DNA of 64,000 nucleotides, taken from a virus (Duplodnaviria > Caudoviricetes). Where the stretch lies: the IMG/VR virus record IMGVR_UViG_3300033072_000728, positions 8,554 to 72,553 of that record; one strand, 5' to 3'. The notes under the pieces are model-generated. The model saw only the letters and a list, made by a program, of their open reading frames with translations, searched no databases and had not been told where the DNA came from. This document shows, one piece after another, positions 25,931 through 34,439 of the stretch (positions are counted from its first letter, which is position 1; every line of letters starts with the position of its first letter). Position numbers and translations under genes: made by a program.

Positions 25931-27082
25931 TTAATGCAAATGTGGATGCATTAGTTCTTTTGCTTTATCGGTTAATTCTTCTTGCGCAGTACCACTGAAT
26001 TCATATCCTGAAAATTCATTTGCACCAAGAGTAAAGTTTATAGATTTAACTTCAGTTCCTTCAAACTTTTCGTTTGCTAGAGATACAAGTTTTGCAAAAA
26101 TTTCTTTTGGTTTTCCAGAAAACATAGACCGAGAAACGGTCATTCCAGAAAGTTTGGTAAGCGATTGGTCAAGTGATCCATTTGCTGCCAAAGTATTAAT
26201 TAAGTTATTTCGGAAATCAATCTTACCTTTTGTAATTGGAATAACCAACGTACCACTTGATAAAAGTTGTGGATTTTTTGAAAGGGCAAGACCGATTTTT
26301 TTGGCCTGGGCACTCACTTCCCCATATCGTTTAAGTAGGTCTGATTTTCCAAACAAAGATTCACTAATCGGGTGTTTCAGTGATTCCGAAACAGAATCAT
26401 CCAAAACTGTCTGAATTTCAGTGTTGATTTTATTAACCGATGATGAATCAAAACTCTGAAGTTTGTAAACCACGCCAGTCATTACATCGGAAACTTCAAC
26501 TATTTTGTAACCCCCGCTTGCAATGGGCATAAACAAAACAGAAACTTCAATTGGTTTTTTAGTAACAGGATGCTTGACAAATACATCAACTGTTTGTTCT
26601 TCAGAATCATTGGTTTCATATACCAGTGATTCAGAAACTTTGGCCACAATGCTTTTAGCTTTTGATTCACTGATCTTGAACTTTTGCATCAGAGCTTTAA
26701 CTACGATCTGGGTGGATTCGTTAACACCTTTACGTTGAACGTGAATCTTTGAGCCAATCTGATGACATTTTTCTTGAATTGATTTCTTGCTGATTTTGTC
26801 AAGTTTATCAAACTCGATTTCGGTGCCAGTTTCTTGATCCCAAATTACTTCAGGAAAGTAAGAATCAGTGTTTTCGTCATATCCGATCTTTACGCCGACC
26901 GTGACATAGTAACGATTGCCTTCACTTTCCTCAGTATCTTCGTCACCTTGAAAATATGGGTTTTCAATATCTTCTAACGTAAAATCTTCACGGGTAGAAG
27001 CAGGCACTTTACCCGCACTTTCCACTATCATCATGTACTTTTTAATATCGGCTTTTGTTGAATCAATTAGCTTTTTGCGCAT
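25931..27082 (-). CDS. putative virion/internal head protein
   Basis: 383 aa; six (I/V)xES motifs; ATAAATA upstream. Confidence 0.5.
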   Translation of the reverse strand: MRKKLIDSTKADIKKYMMIVESAGKVPASTREDFTLEDIENPYFQGDEDTEESEGNRYYVTVGVKIGYDENTDSYFPEVIWDQETGTEIEFDKLDKISKKSIQEKCHQIGSKIHVQRKGVNESTQIVVKALMQKFKISESKAKSIVAKVSESLVYETNDSEEQTVDVFVKHPVTKKPIEVSVLFMPIASGGYKIVEVSDVMTGVVYKLQSFDSSSVNKINTEIQTVLDDSVSESLKHPISESLFGKSDLLKRYGEVSAQAKKIGLALSKNPQLLSSGTLVIPITKGKIDFRNNLINTLAANGSLDQSLTKLSGMTVSRSMFSGKPKEIFAKLVSLANEKFEGTEVKSINFTLGANEFSGYEFSGTAQEELTDKAKELMHPHLH

Positions 27083-27113
27083 TTTAGTTATTATCCTTTT
27101 GTGTTATTTTGGT

Positions 27114-27120
27114 TATTTAT
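27114..27120 (-). promoter_or_regulatory. late-promoter-like ATAAATA
   Basis: Similar to the T4 late TATAAATA; 32 nt upstream of the ATG. Confidence 0.5.
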
Positions 27121-27404
27121 CATTTATATGAACAATAACACTTATAATGCCCAACACCATGAACACATTCAATTTCATTCGTTACTTCACCACAAACAAA
27201 ACATGGTTCATACGGAATTGGTGGGACAGGTTTAGGAGGAATGTCAATACCAAAAATTTTGCCATTATCTTCAACACAAACCTTACGAACAAAAGTTACT
27301 AATTCTTGCTCAGACACATTAGCAAACCATGAGCCAAAGATGCCATTCTTATTGTTGCCGAGATATTGAACTTGATAGTACATGATATTCATTTCCTTAA
27401 TCAA
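27120..27404 (-). CDS. hypothetical protein with Cys/His-rich C-terminus
   Basis: 94 aa; CFVC...CVHGVGHYKCYC. Confidence 0.65.
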   Translation of the reverse strand: MIKEMNIMYYQVQYLGNNKNGIFGSWFANVSEQELVTFVRKVCVEDNGKIFGIDIPPKPVPPIPYEPCFVCGEVTNEIECVHGVGHYKCYCSYK

Positions 27405-27826
27405 TGAAGTGTTCGATGTTGCATTTCCATTGCCTCTGAATATGGCAGAAATGCGTGTTTAGATGTTGTTGCATCAGCGTCCAAGTTTAGCAGAAAATAC
27501 TCGGACGGAATCTCTAAAATTTCATCATCATGTGTCACTTTGTAAACCACTGGATTGATACAACTGAATTGCATCATAACAGATTCTAGTGCTTTAGTAG
27601 CAACATATTCAAACGAAGGGTTCAGAATACTAGAACAAATCGTGATGTTAATTGGTTCGCCTGATTCTGGATCAAATGCCAACAAATAATCAAACTTTGC
27701 TTGCCATCCTGAAACTGGTTCAGAATCTACATTTGATTTTAATGGAGTTTCTACAACAGAAACTGATACCATTTCTGGTTGTTCAAACAGTGTCCAATTT
27801 TGGATGGTTAGGTTATTTGGAGTCAT
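27401..27826 (-). CDS. hypothetical protein
   Basis: 141 aa ORF. Confidence 0.7.
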   Translation of the reverse strand: MTPNNLTIQNWTLFEQPEMVSVSVVETPLKSNVDSEPVSGWQAKFDYLLAFDPESGEPINITICSSILNPSFEYVATKALESVMMQFSCINPVVYKVTHDDEILEIPSEYFLLNLDADATTSKHAFLPYSEAMEMQHRTLH

Positions 27827-28070
27827 TTAGATATTCAATAATTTCTTGAGCTTGGGATTTTGAAAGCAGCACCGTATCAAACGCGGAATTATTTGTTAAG
27901 TTGAACAAATACTTGAATGCATATTTCAGTCTATACCAAAACCCTAGATCGGCAAGATGAATACAAACCTGAAAGGCAGGGTCTTGAATATCTTCACCAA
28001 ATGGGTGTTTTTCAATATAGAAAATATGGTCAGGCGATTCGCACTGACACTTGAAAATTTTGGGTTTCAT
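27813..28070 (-). CDS. hypothetical protein
   Basis: 85 aa; FKCQCESPDH. Confidence 0.7.
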   Translation of the reverse strand: MKPKIFKCQCESPDHIFYIEKHPFGEDIQDPAFQVCIHLADLGFWYRLKYAFKYLFNLTNNSAFDTVLLSKSQAQEIIEYLNDSK

Positions 28071-28645
28071 ACTTTGATTTGTTGGTTATGAGACAGTTTG
28101 TGGCCCATATTGATTACGTTGTGAACCACATCGGTTGAACATTCTCCCAAGTCTTTGCCATGTTTTGGATCAAGAATAATTGCACAGTCGGTTAGTTTTG
28201 CTAGTTGCAATCCTGCTTTATCAGAATCACACACTGCAACGGTTTTTCTTCCGAGAGATTTTAACCACGATTTGTAACCTTCTTTTGGATTAGTTGAGTT
28301 TCCTAGTAGGGAAATACAGCATTCACCTTTGAACCATGTGATCCGTGTTGCATCAAAAATGCCTTCAGTTACAAAAATAGTTTTAGTGGTATGCCAATTA
28401 AATGTTTCAAGTCCAAATACTGTTTGGGTATTTTGAAACTCAGTCCTGATTGTGGTGTACCGACCATAAACATCATTCGACTTTGATTTACCTGCATTTG
28501 GGTTATATTGCTGTTTTCCAACAATTTTCCCACTCAGGTTATAAAGTAGAAAGGTTGCCTTGCATTCTTGTTCATCAATGAACGGTTGATGAACCTCGAA
28601 GTTGACAAACCTTTCTTTTAAATGCTGTTTAAGATCGGTTATCAT
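28067..28645 (-). CDS. Toprim-domain (primase-like) protein
   Basis: FVTEGIFDA, SLLG, VCDSDKAG, KDLGE; likely start 28645. Confidence 0.85.
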   Translation of the reverse strand: MITDLKQHLKERFVNFEVHQPFIDEQECKATFLLYNLSGKIVGKQQYNPNAGKSKSNDVYGRYTTIRTEFQNTQTVFGLETFNWHTTKTIFVTEGIFDATRITWFKGECCISLLGNSTNPKEGYKSWLKSLGRKTVAVCDSDKAGLQLAKLTDCAIILDPKHGKDLGECSTDVVHNVINMGHKLSHNQQIKV

Positions 28646-28652
28646 GATTTTG

Positions 28653-29048
28653 TCAAAGTAACGGAAGATGCCCCGTAATTGGATCAATCACATTTGAATA
28701 ATCTGGGCCAATTGCAACCGCAGTTTTTGTTAGGACACCATGAAACTCTGTTTTGCCATTATCTGTGATTATGGTTGTCAGGATTCCTGCATCTTTTGCT
28801 TTTTGGTGAATGTCGATTAGTTCTTGTTCAGAACTGACATACACCACAACTTTCTTAAATCCGTCATTCATCCATTGTGCGGCTTGTGGTGAAAACGGTT
28901 TTGAATGAAATTCACCTGTGTATGGATTAATTCCACCATGATTCAAGAAAACCGCCAAAGATGCATGGGCGCCCATAGCAATCATCTTGCCCTTTCGCAT
29001 ATTCAAATCCTTGCGGATTATGATAACTTGTTTAATGTCTTGATCCAT
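28653..29048 (-). CDS. pth2: peptidyl-tRNA hydrolase type 2
   Basis: KQVIIIRKDLNMRKGK...AHAS, KKVVVYV, DNGKTE, TAVAIGP, ITGHLPLL; likely start 29048. Confidence 0.92.
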   Translation of the reverse strand: MDQDIKQVIIIRKDLNMRKGKMIAMGAHASLAVFLNHGGINPYTGEFHSKPFSPQAAQWMNDGFKKVVVYVSSEQELIDIHQKAKDAGILTTIITDNGKTEFHGVLTKTAVAIGPDYSNVIDPITGHLPLL

Positions 29049-29064
29049 TTTTAACCCTTCAATT

Positions 29065-29370
29065 TCAATCAATCTTGATTTGACCATGCTTCAGGATGGA
29101 ATCAATCATCCAATCATAACCACAAAACCCTTTCGATTGGCGACGGATTTTGGCAGCTTCTTTTGCATCAATTTGTCGAACGTCAACACGGGCACACCAA
29201 CCATCATCCCATGCATAACGGAAAGAACCAGTTTCCACAATCTTTTTCAACGTGTCGTTAAGTTCTTTGGATCGTGTAGATTTTACTCGGGCATACATCT
29301 GGCCTTGTCCAGACCATTGTCCATTCCATGATCCAACACGCGGCATGTTCAGTTCAAAAACGACGATCAT
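29065..29370 (-). CDS. hypothetical protein
   Basis: 101 aa; GSWNGQWSG. Confidence 0.75.
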   Translation of the reverse strand: MIVVFELNMPRVGSWNGQWSGQGQMYARVKSTRSKELNDTLKKIVETGSFRYAWDDGWCARVDVRQIDAKEAAKIRRQSKGFCGYDWMIDSILKHGQIKID

Positions 29371-29405
29371 GATTCTTACCTTTCATTTAGAACCAAGATT
29401 ACAAC

Positions 29406-30017
29406 TCAGTCCCATAGTCCTTGAAAGTAGCGCCCAAACAATCGGGTGCCGTTTGCAATGCGTTCATTATGCGCCTTTAATCCTTCCATATCAACCTTTG
29501 ACTTAGTAAAATTGTCGGATATTGGCGCATCATCATCCCATTCACTGTGGTCAAAGAACTTTGTATCGTTGTCATCGTTGACGATTTGCTCAAATGCCCA
29601 GATCATTTCATCCATGACCCATTCCCAACGTGCATGGAATTTTGGATCGGTGTCACCCGTTTGTTCACACACAATGACTTCATTTTCTGATGGTCGGAGA
29701 TATTCTGGAACATCATTAATATCAACGCACGGTGATCCATGTTTTTGTTCCTTCAATTTCTTCAGCATTGGCAAAATGATGAGAGCAAGGGTGTAATCCA
29801 TATTCCAAACATCATAATTGTCAATATGGACTTTAACAGTGCGCTTACGCTTGTCATAAATCCACTGACAGAAATTGTTAATGAATGGGAACTTTTCATC
29901 AATGTATTTTCCAATCTCGAATAATTTGTCTTCGTCTTTGATGAATGGTTTCAAAAACAACTCAGTAAGTTGGAAAACACCAAAGTAGTTGATATAAGGG
30001 CCGATTTTTACTTTCAT
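29406..30017 (-). CDS. conserved-type myophage hypothetical protein
   Basis: 203 aa; IDNYDVWNMDYTLALIILPML, LFGRYFQGLWD. Confidence 0.8.
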   Translation of the reverse strand: MKVKIGPYINYFGVFQLTELFLKPFIKDEDKLFEIGKYIDEKFPFINNFCQWIYDKRKRTVKVHIDNYDVWNMDYTLALIILPMLKKLKEQKHGSPCVDINDVPEYLRPSENEVIVCEQTGDTDPKFHARWEWVMDEMIWAFEQIVNDDNDTKFFDHSEWDDDAPISDNFTKSKVDMEGLKAHNERIANGTRLFGRYFQGLWD

Positions 30018-30286
30018 GTTGGTTCGCAGTATGGAGTAATTGAAGTGTTGGTTTTTGAAGTTAAAATTTCACCAGTGTATTTGTCAGTAGTAATTGCTTG
30101 AACATAATAACACACTGAAGTTTCAGTTACGACTTTAATGATCTGGTGGATTTCAGATGCTTTATACTTGTTGAAATCATGACTTGAACTCCAAAGCATC
30201 ATGTATCCGAGTGTAAAAACACTTGCCATCAATGCTGAAGCATACAGCCATTTTCCCGCTCTTTGATTGAATGTTTCTTGTTCCAT
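30014..30286 (-). CDS. membrane-anchored hypothetical protein
   Basis: 90 aa with an N-terminal hydrophobic segment. Confidence 0.7.
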   Translation of the reverse strand: MEQETFNQRAGKWLYASALMASVFTLGYMMLWSSSHDFNKYKASEIHQIIKVVTETSVCYYVQAITTDKYTGEILTSKTNTSITPYCEPT

Positions 30287-30324
30287 TTTGTTTTTATTGT
30301 TATAGATGGAACGATATTTAGATT

Positions 30325-30972
30325 TTATTTGGTAGACATAACCAGTAAAGTAGTAGGTTCAGAATAATCCATTGTCCAGATTTTGGATGATGCTATATTA
30401 TGATTATCAAACAAAAGTGGTTCATTTGTTTCTTTATCACGAATCCAATGATCTTCGGAATCATCCCAGACTCTGACTTTAATTAAGTCATTTTGAAATG
30501 CTTTCATAATGTTGACCCATATTTGTTTTTCACCTTTGTATTGCTCAAAGTCGCTGATAATAACATATCCTCTTACGGTCAGAATAGCATAAAGCCAGAA
30601 TGCAAGACGTTTTGAAGTATATTCCGTTGATGTGTAAACCAACGAAACTTGAAGTTGTTTGGATTGGTCAAAATCTGGAACAACTGCGCGGCGATTGAAT
30701 TCAATTTCAGTACAAACATCTTGGTATTCGTTTGGGTTGTCTTTTGATGCGGTTGTTACTTTTGCAAAACCATGCGCTTTATTCAACCAAAAATGATATT
30801 GACGGTTTGAAATTTCTTTTGCACCAAGATTGTGACAAACTCGATTTAGATTCTCTAAGCTATTTTGTTGCACATTACCAAACATTGAATGGTCAAGATC
30901 AGTCAAGTTTAGGTGTGGATTTTCAGATAAGAAACCAGATATTTTCATTTCAGAATGGTTTAAGTACGGCAT
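30325..30972 (-). CDS. GNAT-fold-like protein, paralogue of 9638
   Basis: GYVIISDFEQ...QIWVNI. Confidence 0.5.
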   Translation of the reverse strand: MPYLNHSEMKISGFLSENPHLNLTDLDHSMFGNVQQNSLENLNRVCHNLGAKEISNRQYHFWLNKAHGFAKVTTASKDNPNEYQDVCTEIEFNRRAVVPDFDQSKQLQVSLVYTSTEYTSKRLAFWLYAILTVRGYVIISDFEQYKGEKQIWVNIMKAFQNDLIKVRVWDDSEDHWIRDKETNEPLLFDNHNIASSKIWTMDYSEPTTLLVMSTK

Positions 30973-31835
30973 CAGACGTGTTCAGATAATGCTTCAACAC
31001 CAAACTGTAAATTTAGTTTAAAAATATCCATCCAGTTTTCGTCAATTTCTTTCCAAATACGATTGGACATTACAATATGTGGTTTAATTTCACCTGAGTT
31101 TATCTTGCCAAGGAATATCTCAAACTTACTAAAACATTGGAATTTTAATTCAGAATAAACTTTGAACGAATAACCTTTCTTTGATGAAACCTTGATTAGT
31201 TGCCACACATTTTGATCTTCAAAAACAAAACTACCATCATGTAAGTACCAAATAAAATTGTCAGAATCATTAAACACGAAGGCAGAATCTCTGTTTGTTG
31301 CGGATGGGTGGAGCGTTCTTTCCATCTTTCGCAACAAACTTGAAATTTCTGTTTGAACGTTTGGTTGTTTATTGTAAGCATTAATTGTGCTCAATTGATT
31401 GATGGCTTTGATTTCATTTTCAGGCAAGTTCAAAACAGCAGAACCAAATAATGCATAATCGTTCCATGATGGCGTGATATGTTTTAATTCATCGGTCTGA
31501 TAATCAATCTCAAGAATCTTATACAAATAAATTTTGTTCGACTTATTCAATGATTGCACATGCCAAACATTATCAAACCATTTTGTTTTATCTTCTTCCC
31601 AATACCTTGGTTCTTGATCCAAATGAACAGTGATAATGTTGTCAGTTTCATTGTGAACAATTAAAAATCGATTCGTTTCAGAGTGAATCCACTCATACAC
31701 TTTTACCAGAGAAGTTTCCATTATTGGCTTTTTATTGGTCAGTTCAGACAACAACTTTTTGCCAATTTTAGAAACAAACGTAAACTCAACGCTTGGTTCA
31801 CAGACAATAAAATTGTAGATGTAATTTAAGGACAT
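30972..31835 (-). CDS. hypothetical protein
   Basis: Long ORF; likely ATG at 31835. Confidence 0.75.
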   Translation of the reverse strand: MSLNYIYNFIVCEPSVEFTFVSKIGKKLLSELTNKKPIMETSLVKVYEWIHSETNRFLIVHNETDNIITVHLDQEPRYWEEDKTKWFDNVWHVQSLNKSNKIYLYKILEIDYQTDELKHITPSWNDYALFGSAVLNLPENEIKAINQLSTINAYNKQPNVQTEISSLLRKMERTLHPSATNRDSAFVFNDSDNFIWYLHDGSFVFEDQNVWQLIKVSSKKGYSFKVYSELKFQCFSKFEIFLGKINSGEIKPHIVMSNRIWKEIDENWMDIFKLNLQFGVEALSEHV

Positions 31836-31854
31836 GATTTTGGACAAACAAAAT

Positions 31855-31887
31855 AACCATCCTCTCAGATCGTAAGAGAGGATGGTT
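31855..31887 (-). terminator. intrinsic terminator
   Basis: AACCATCCTCTC / GAGAGGATGGTT, 12-bp stem with T-rich tail. Confidence 0.85.
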
Positions 31888-31896
31888 TAGTTGGAA

Positions 31897-32166
31897 TTAG
31901 TTTTCGTTTTTAAGAATGAGGTCAGCGTAAAGCCAAACTCGGGCAGTGAGTGAATTATAAAGATTCCAGACCCCCTTTTCTGCAAGGGAATTGTTTACGA
32001 TGTTTGAAAGTGCTTTCACGCTTTCTTCACCGATTAAATCGCATTCGTCCGCACATTTGATGCGGTCAAACCAATTTGCAATGATGTTTGCTTGTTCTTC
32101 GGTGTATTTGCACTGAAGCATGGTAACAATATCGGAACGCCATTGATAGTATTCGGATTCAAACAT
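31897..32166 (-). CDS. hypothetical protein
   Basis: 89 aa ORF. Confidence 0.65.
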   Translation of the reverse strand: MFESEYYQWRSDIVTMLQCKYTEEQANIIANWFDRIKCADECDLIGEESVKALSNIVNNSLAEKGVWNLYNSLTARVWLYADLILKNEN

Positions 32167-32199
32167 TTTCAGTCACTTTTTGATGGTTGGTAAAGATTT

Positions 32200-32276
32200 T
32201 GGAAACTGCGGTGGGATTCGCACCCACGAAACACCATTTTGCAGATCGCTCCATTAGACTACTCTGGCACGCAGTT
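32200..32276 (-). tRNA. tRNA-Cys(GCA), slightly aberrant
   Basis: Acceptor AACTGCG/CGCAGTT, U discriminator, encoded CCA, anticodon loop CTGCAAA, T-arm GTGGG-TGCGAAT-CCCAC. Confidence 0.85.
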
Positions 32277-32359
32277 GTTTGGTTGATTTTAGGACAGGTT
32301 ACAGTTTTGGTTTTCAAGAATTGTAAAACATGATTGCTGTTTGTAACCTTACAAAATTT

Positions 32360-32443
32360 TGGCACCCCTGGGAGGAATCGAACCTCATACCATCCTCCTA
32401 ACTTTAAGGATCGGCTTAGAAGACCGATGTTAGGCTCAGGGGT
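32360..32443 (-). tRNA. tRNA-Arg(UCU)-like gene lacking the D-arm, with a long extra arm
   Basis: Acceptor ACCCCTG/CAGGGGT + GCCA, anticodon arm TCGGT-CTTCTAA-GCCGA, T-arm GAGG-TTCGATT-CCTC. Confidence 0.75.
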
Positions 32444-32645
32444 TTTGTGAATTTGGTATTTGTAAAAACTTGCTTATTTTGTATCAGAAAAGCTCTTACA
32501 AATACCATCAATGTATTTAACGTGGTAGGCCGTGTTGAGTTTGCATCAACACCTTCCAAATTATGAGTTTGGTACACTACTGATTATGTTAACGGCCCAC
32601 AATGATGTTATTTACTTCGTGGGAGATTCTTTCTCCCACGCTAGA

Positions 32646-33035
32646 TTAAACAATGAATTCTGCCCAACGCAGTTCTTCGATCAGTTGAACAATCGCAGCA
32701 CGCTTTTCAGCGGCCATTACGTTGCTCATGGGAGAACTAGACATAGAAGTGTTTTGCATTGCAACCATAATTTCACGGGTCAATTGTGAAACCCAGTGTT
32801 CAACCACTTCTTTTGCGTCAACATCCTTAGAAGGAAACTTATTCAGATGGGGCAACATACCACCGATGATTTGCAATTGTGCTGCTGCGCGAGTCATCTT
32901 GTCGCCCCACGTGAGTGCATGGAACGGATTCTTTTGGATGTCGGCAACAGCTTCGTCAATTTGCTTTTGAGCCTTCGTTTGCGCCTTGGTCAACAGAGAG
33001 ATCAAAGCGGCGATGTTGGTGGTCTTGGCGTTCAT
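32646..33035 (-). CDS. hypothetical early protein (helical)
   Basis: Likely start MNAKTT at 33035, SD AAAGGA. Confidence 0.8.
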   Translation of the reverse strand: MNAKTTNIAALISLLTKAQTKAQKQIDEAVADIQKNPFHALTWGDKMTRAAAQLQIIGGMLPHLNKFPSKDVDAKEVVEHWVSQLTREIMVAMQNTSMSSSPMSNVMAAEKRAAIVQLIEELRWAEFIV

Positions 33036-33083
33036 GATGTTTATTCCTTTTGCGTTCGGTGTTTTGGTTCGCACTTCTTGCTA

Positions 33084-33123
33084 ACCGATGAATCTATTAT
33101 GCATCAGAAATCATGGAATGCAA
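33084..33123 (-). promoter_or_regulatory. early-type promoter, copy 2
   Basis: Same 23-mer and TTGCAT -35. Confidence 0.8.
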
Positions 33124-33149
33124 GGACTTTTGTGTAAAGGTTGATAATT

Positions 33150-33443
33150 TTACTCAGAAATTTTGATCCCGAACTTTGCGCAGGCTTCGTTGAGCAACCT
33201 ATAGAACTTTTCTTTGTATTCTTTTGAATCACCGTAACAAGGCCAGCTCAGGTTTACACCAATGTATCGAACGACATCATCCGCAAACGTGGCACGCACA
33301 TCGGTTGTTTCAGCATACTCGAACCGATAACCAGGGTGCATGGCAATAACAGCTTCAACGATTGACAGTGGAACTTCAAGACCAAAGTAATCGGAAAGCA
33401 TGTCTTGATAGTCGGTGGCAGGGGTTTCATTAAGATGGTTCAT
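33150..33443 (-). CDS. hypothetical protein
   Basis: 97 aa ORF. Confidence 0.7.
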   Translation of the reverse strand: MNHLNETPATDYQDMLSDYFGLEVPLSIVEAVIAMHPGYRFEYAETTDVRATFADDVVRYIGVNLSWPCYGDSKEYKEKFYRLLNEACAKFGIKISE

Positions 33444-33658
33444 AATTTGTTCTCGGTAAGGCGAATGTCAATTCTTTCAATCATGGGATCCATCCATTCC
33501 TCAAAATCATCATTTAAACACCAGGATTGGATACCTTCAATATCATCGGTGAAAATTCTGTAAAGGAGAAATTCCATTCTTGCTTTCCACTTGTCATCAT
33601 TTTGTTTTAGAAGTTGGACAACAGAAGAAAGTTGGCCGTCATTAATTTGGGATGATAT
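33440..33658 (-). pseudogene. 73-codon ORF whose start codon appears mutated to ATA
   Basis: SD AAGGGA, spacer, ATA TCA TCC...; open to an ATGA overlap at 33440. Confidence 0.6.
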
Positions 33659-33673
33659 GATTTGTTTCCCTTT

Positions 33674-34063
33674 TCAAAGTTGTTGGGTTTCGTAATACGC
33701 GACCATTGCATGGTAACGATCAATATCGTTTTGATTCTCGGGACGATTTCTCAATCCACTTTTAAGATTTTGTAAAACTTCGGCATTGTGTGAATTTGCA
33801 GAATTAACTCGTTCATCGCGGTCTTCAATTGACTCAAGATATGGTTCAAGAAGTTCCCAAACAACATAACCATTTTCGTCAGTTGACAGAACAAAATCAC
33901 GATTTAGCATTTCAATGCGTTGTTCTTTGGTCACATCTTTATCGTAATGTTGTTCGACAACATTCATGAAAATTTGCTGGGTTCGTGGGAATTCCCGAAC
34001 ATCGAACCCCAAACGTGATAGAACCATTCGGTCATAACGGTGTGTGGTTTCGTTAGTTTTCAT
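33674..34063 (-). CDS. hypothetical protein
   Basis: 129 aa ORF. Confidence 0.75.
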   Translation of the reverse strand: MKTNETTHRYDRMVLSRLGFDVREFPRTQQIFMNVVEQHYDKDVTKEQRIEMLNRDFVLSTDENGYVVWELLEPYLESIEDRDERVNSANSHNAEVLQNLKSGLRNRPENQNDIDRYHAMVAYYETQQL

Positions 34064-34104
34064 AATGCTTTTCTTTCAATTAGTTTTGTTGACGTTGAAA
34101 TTAC

Positions 34105-34335
34105 TCAAATGTGAAACAACACCCGATTTATATTAAAAGACCAGTCTGAAACATAGGCGCCGCCAACTTCAATTGGAAAACGATCATCAGTTTCGTCAAT
34201 ATCCGTCACTGTTACCTCTTTCGCATCAAACTCAACCCGTTCAGGATTGCCATTGTGAACTGTAATGACGATCTTGTCGCCAACCTTGAACATTTTACGA
34301 ATTTGTTGTGCGGAAAGTTGTTGCTTGATCTTCAT
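34105..34335 (-). CDS. small early protein, KOW/SH3-like
   Basis: 76 aa; FKVGDKIVI; SD AAAGGA. Confidence 0.7.
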   Translation of the reverse strand: MKIKQQLSAQQIRKMFKVGDKIVITVHNGNPERVEFDAKEVTVTDIDETDDRFPIEVGGAYVSDWSFNINRVLFHI

Positions 34336-34373
34336 ATCAATTTCCTTTACTGTTAGGTTAGAGGTTCTTGTGA

Positions 34374-34413
34374 ACCGATGAATCTATTATGCATCATCAT
34401 TTCAACAATGCAA
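34374..34413 (-). promoter_or_regulatory. early-type promoter, copy 3
   Basis: Same 23-mer and TTGCAT -35. Confidence 0.8.
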
Positions 34414-34439
34414 GTGCTTTGTTGTAAACACCGACAATT

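Noticed and set aside
32159-32365. 68-aa minus-strand ORF
   Set aside because: It overlaps the tRNA-Cys gene and the tRNA-Arg 3' end.
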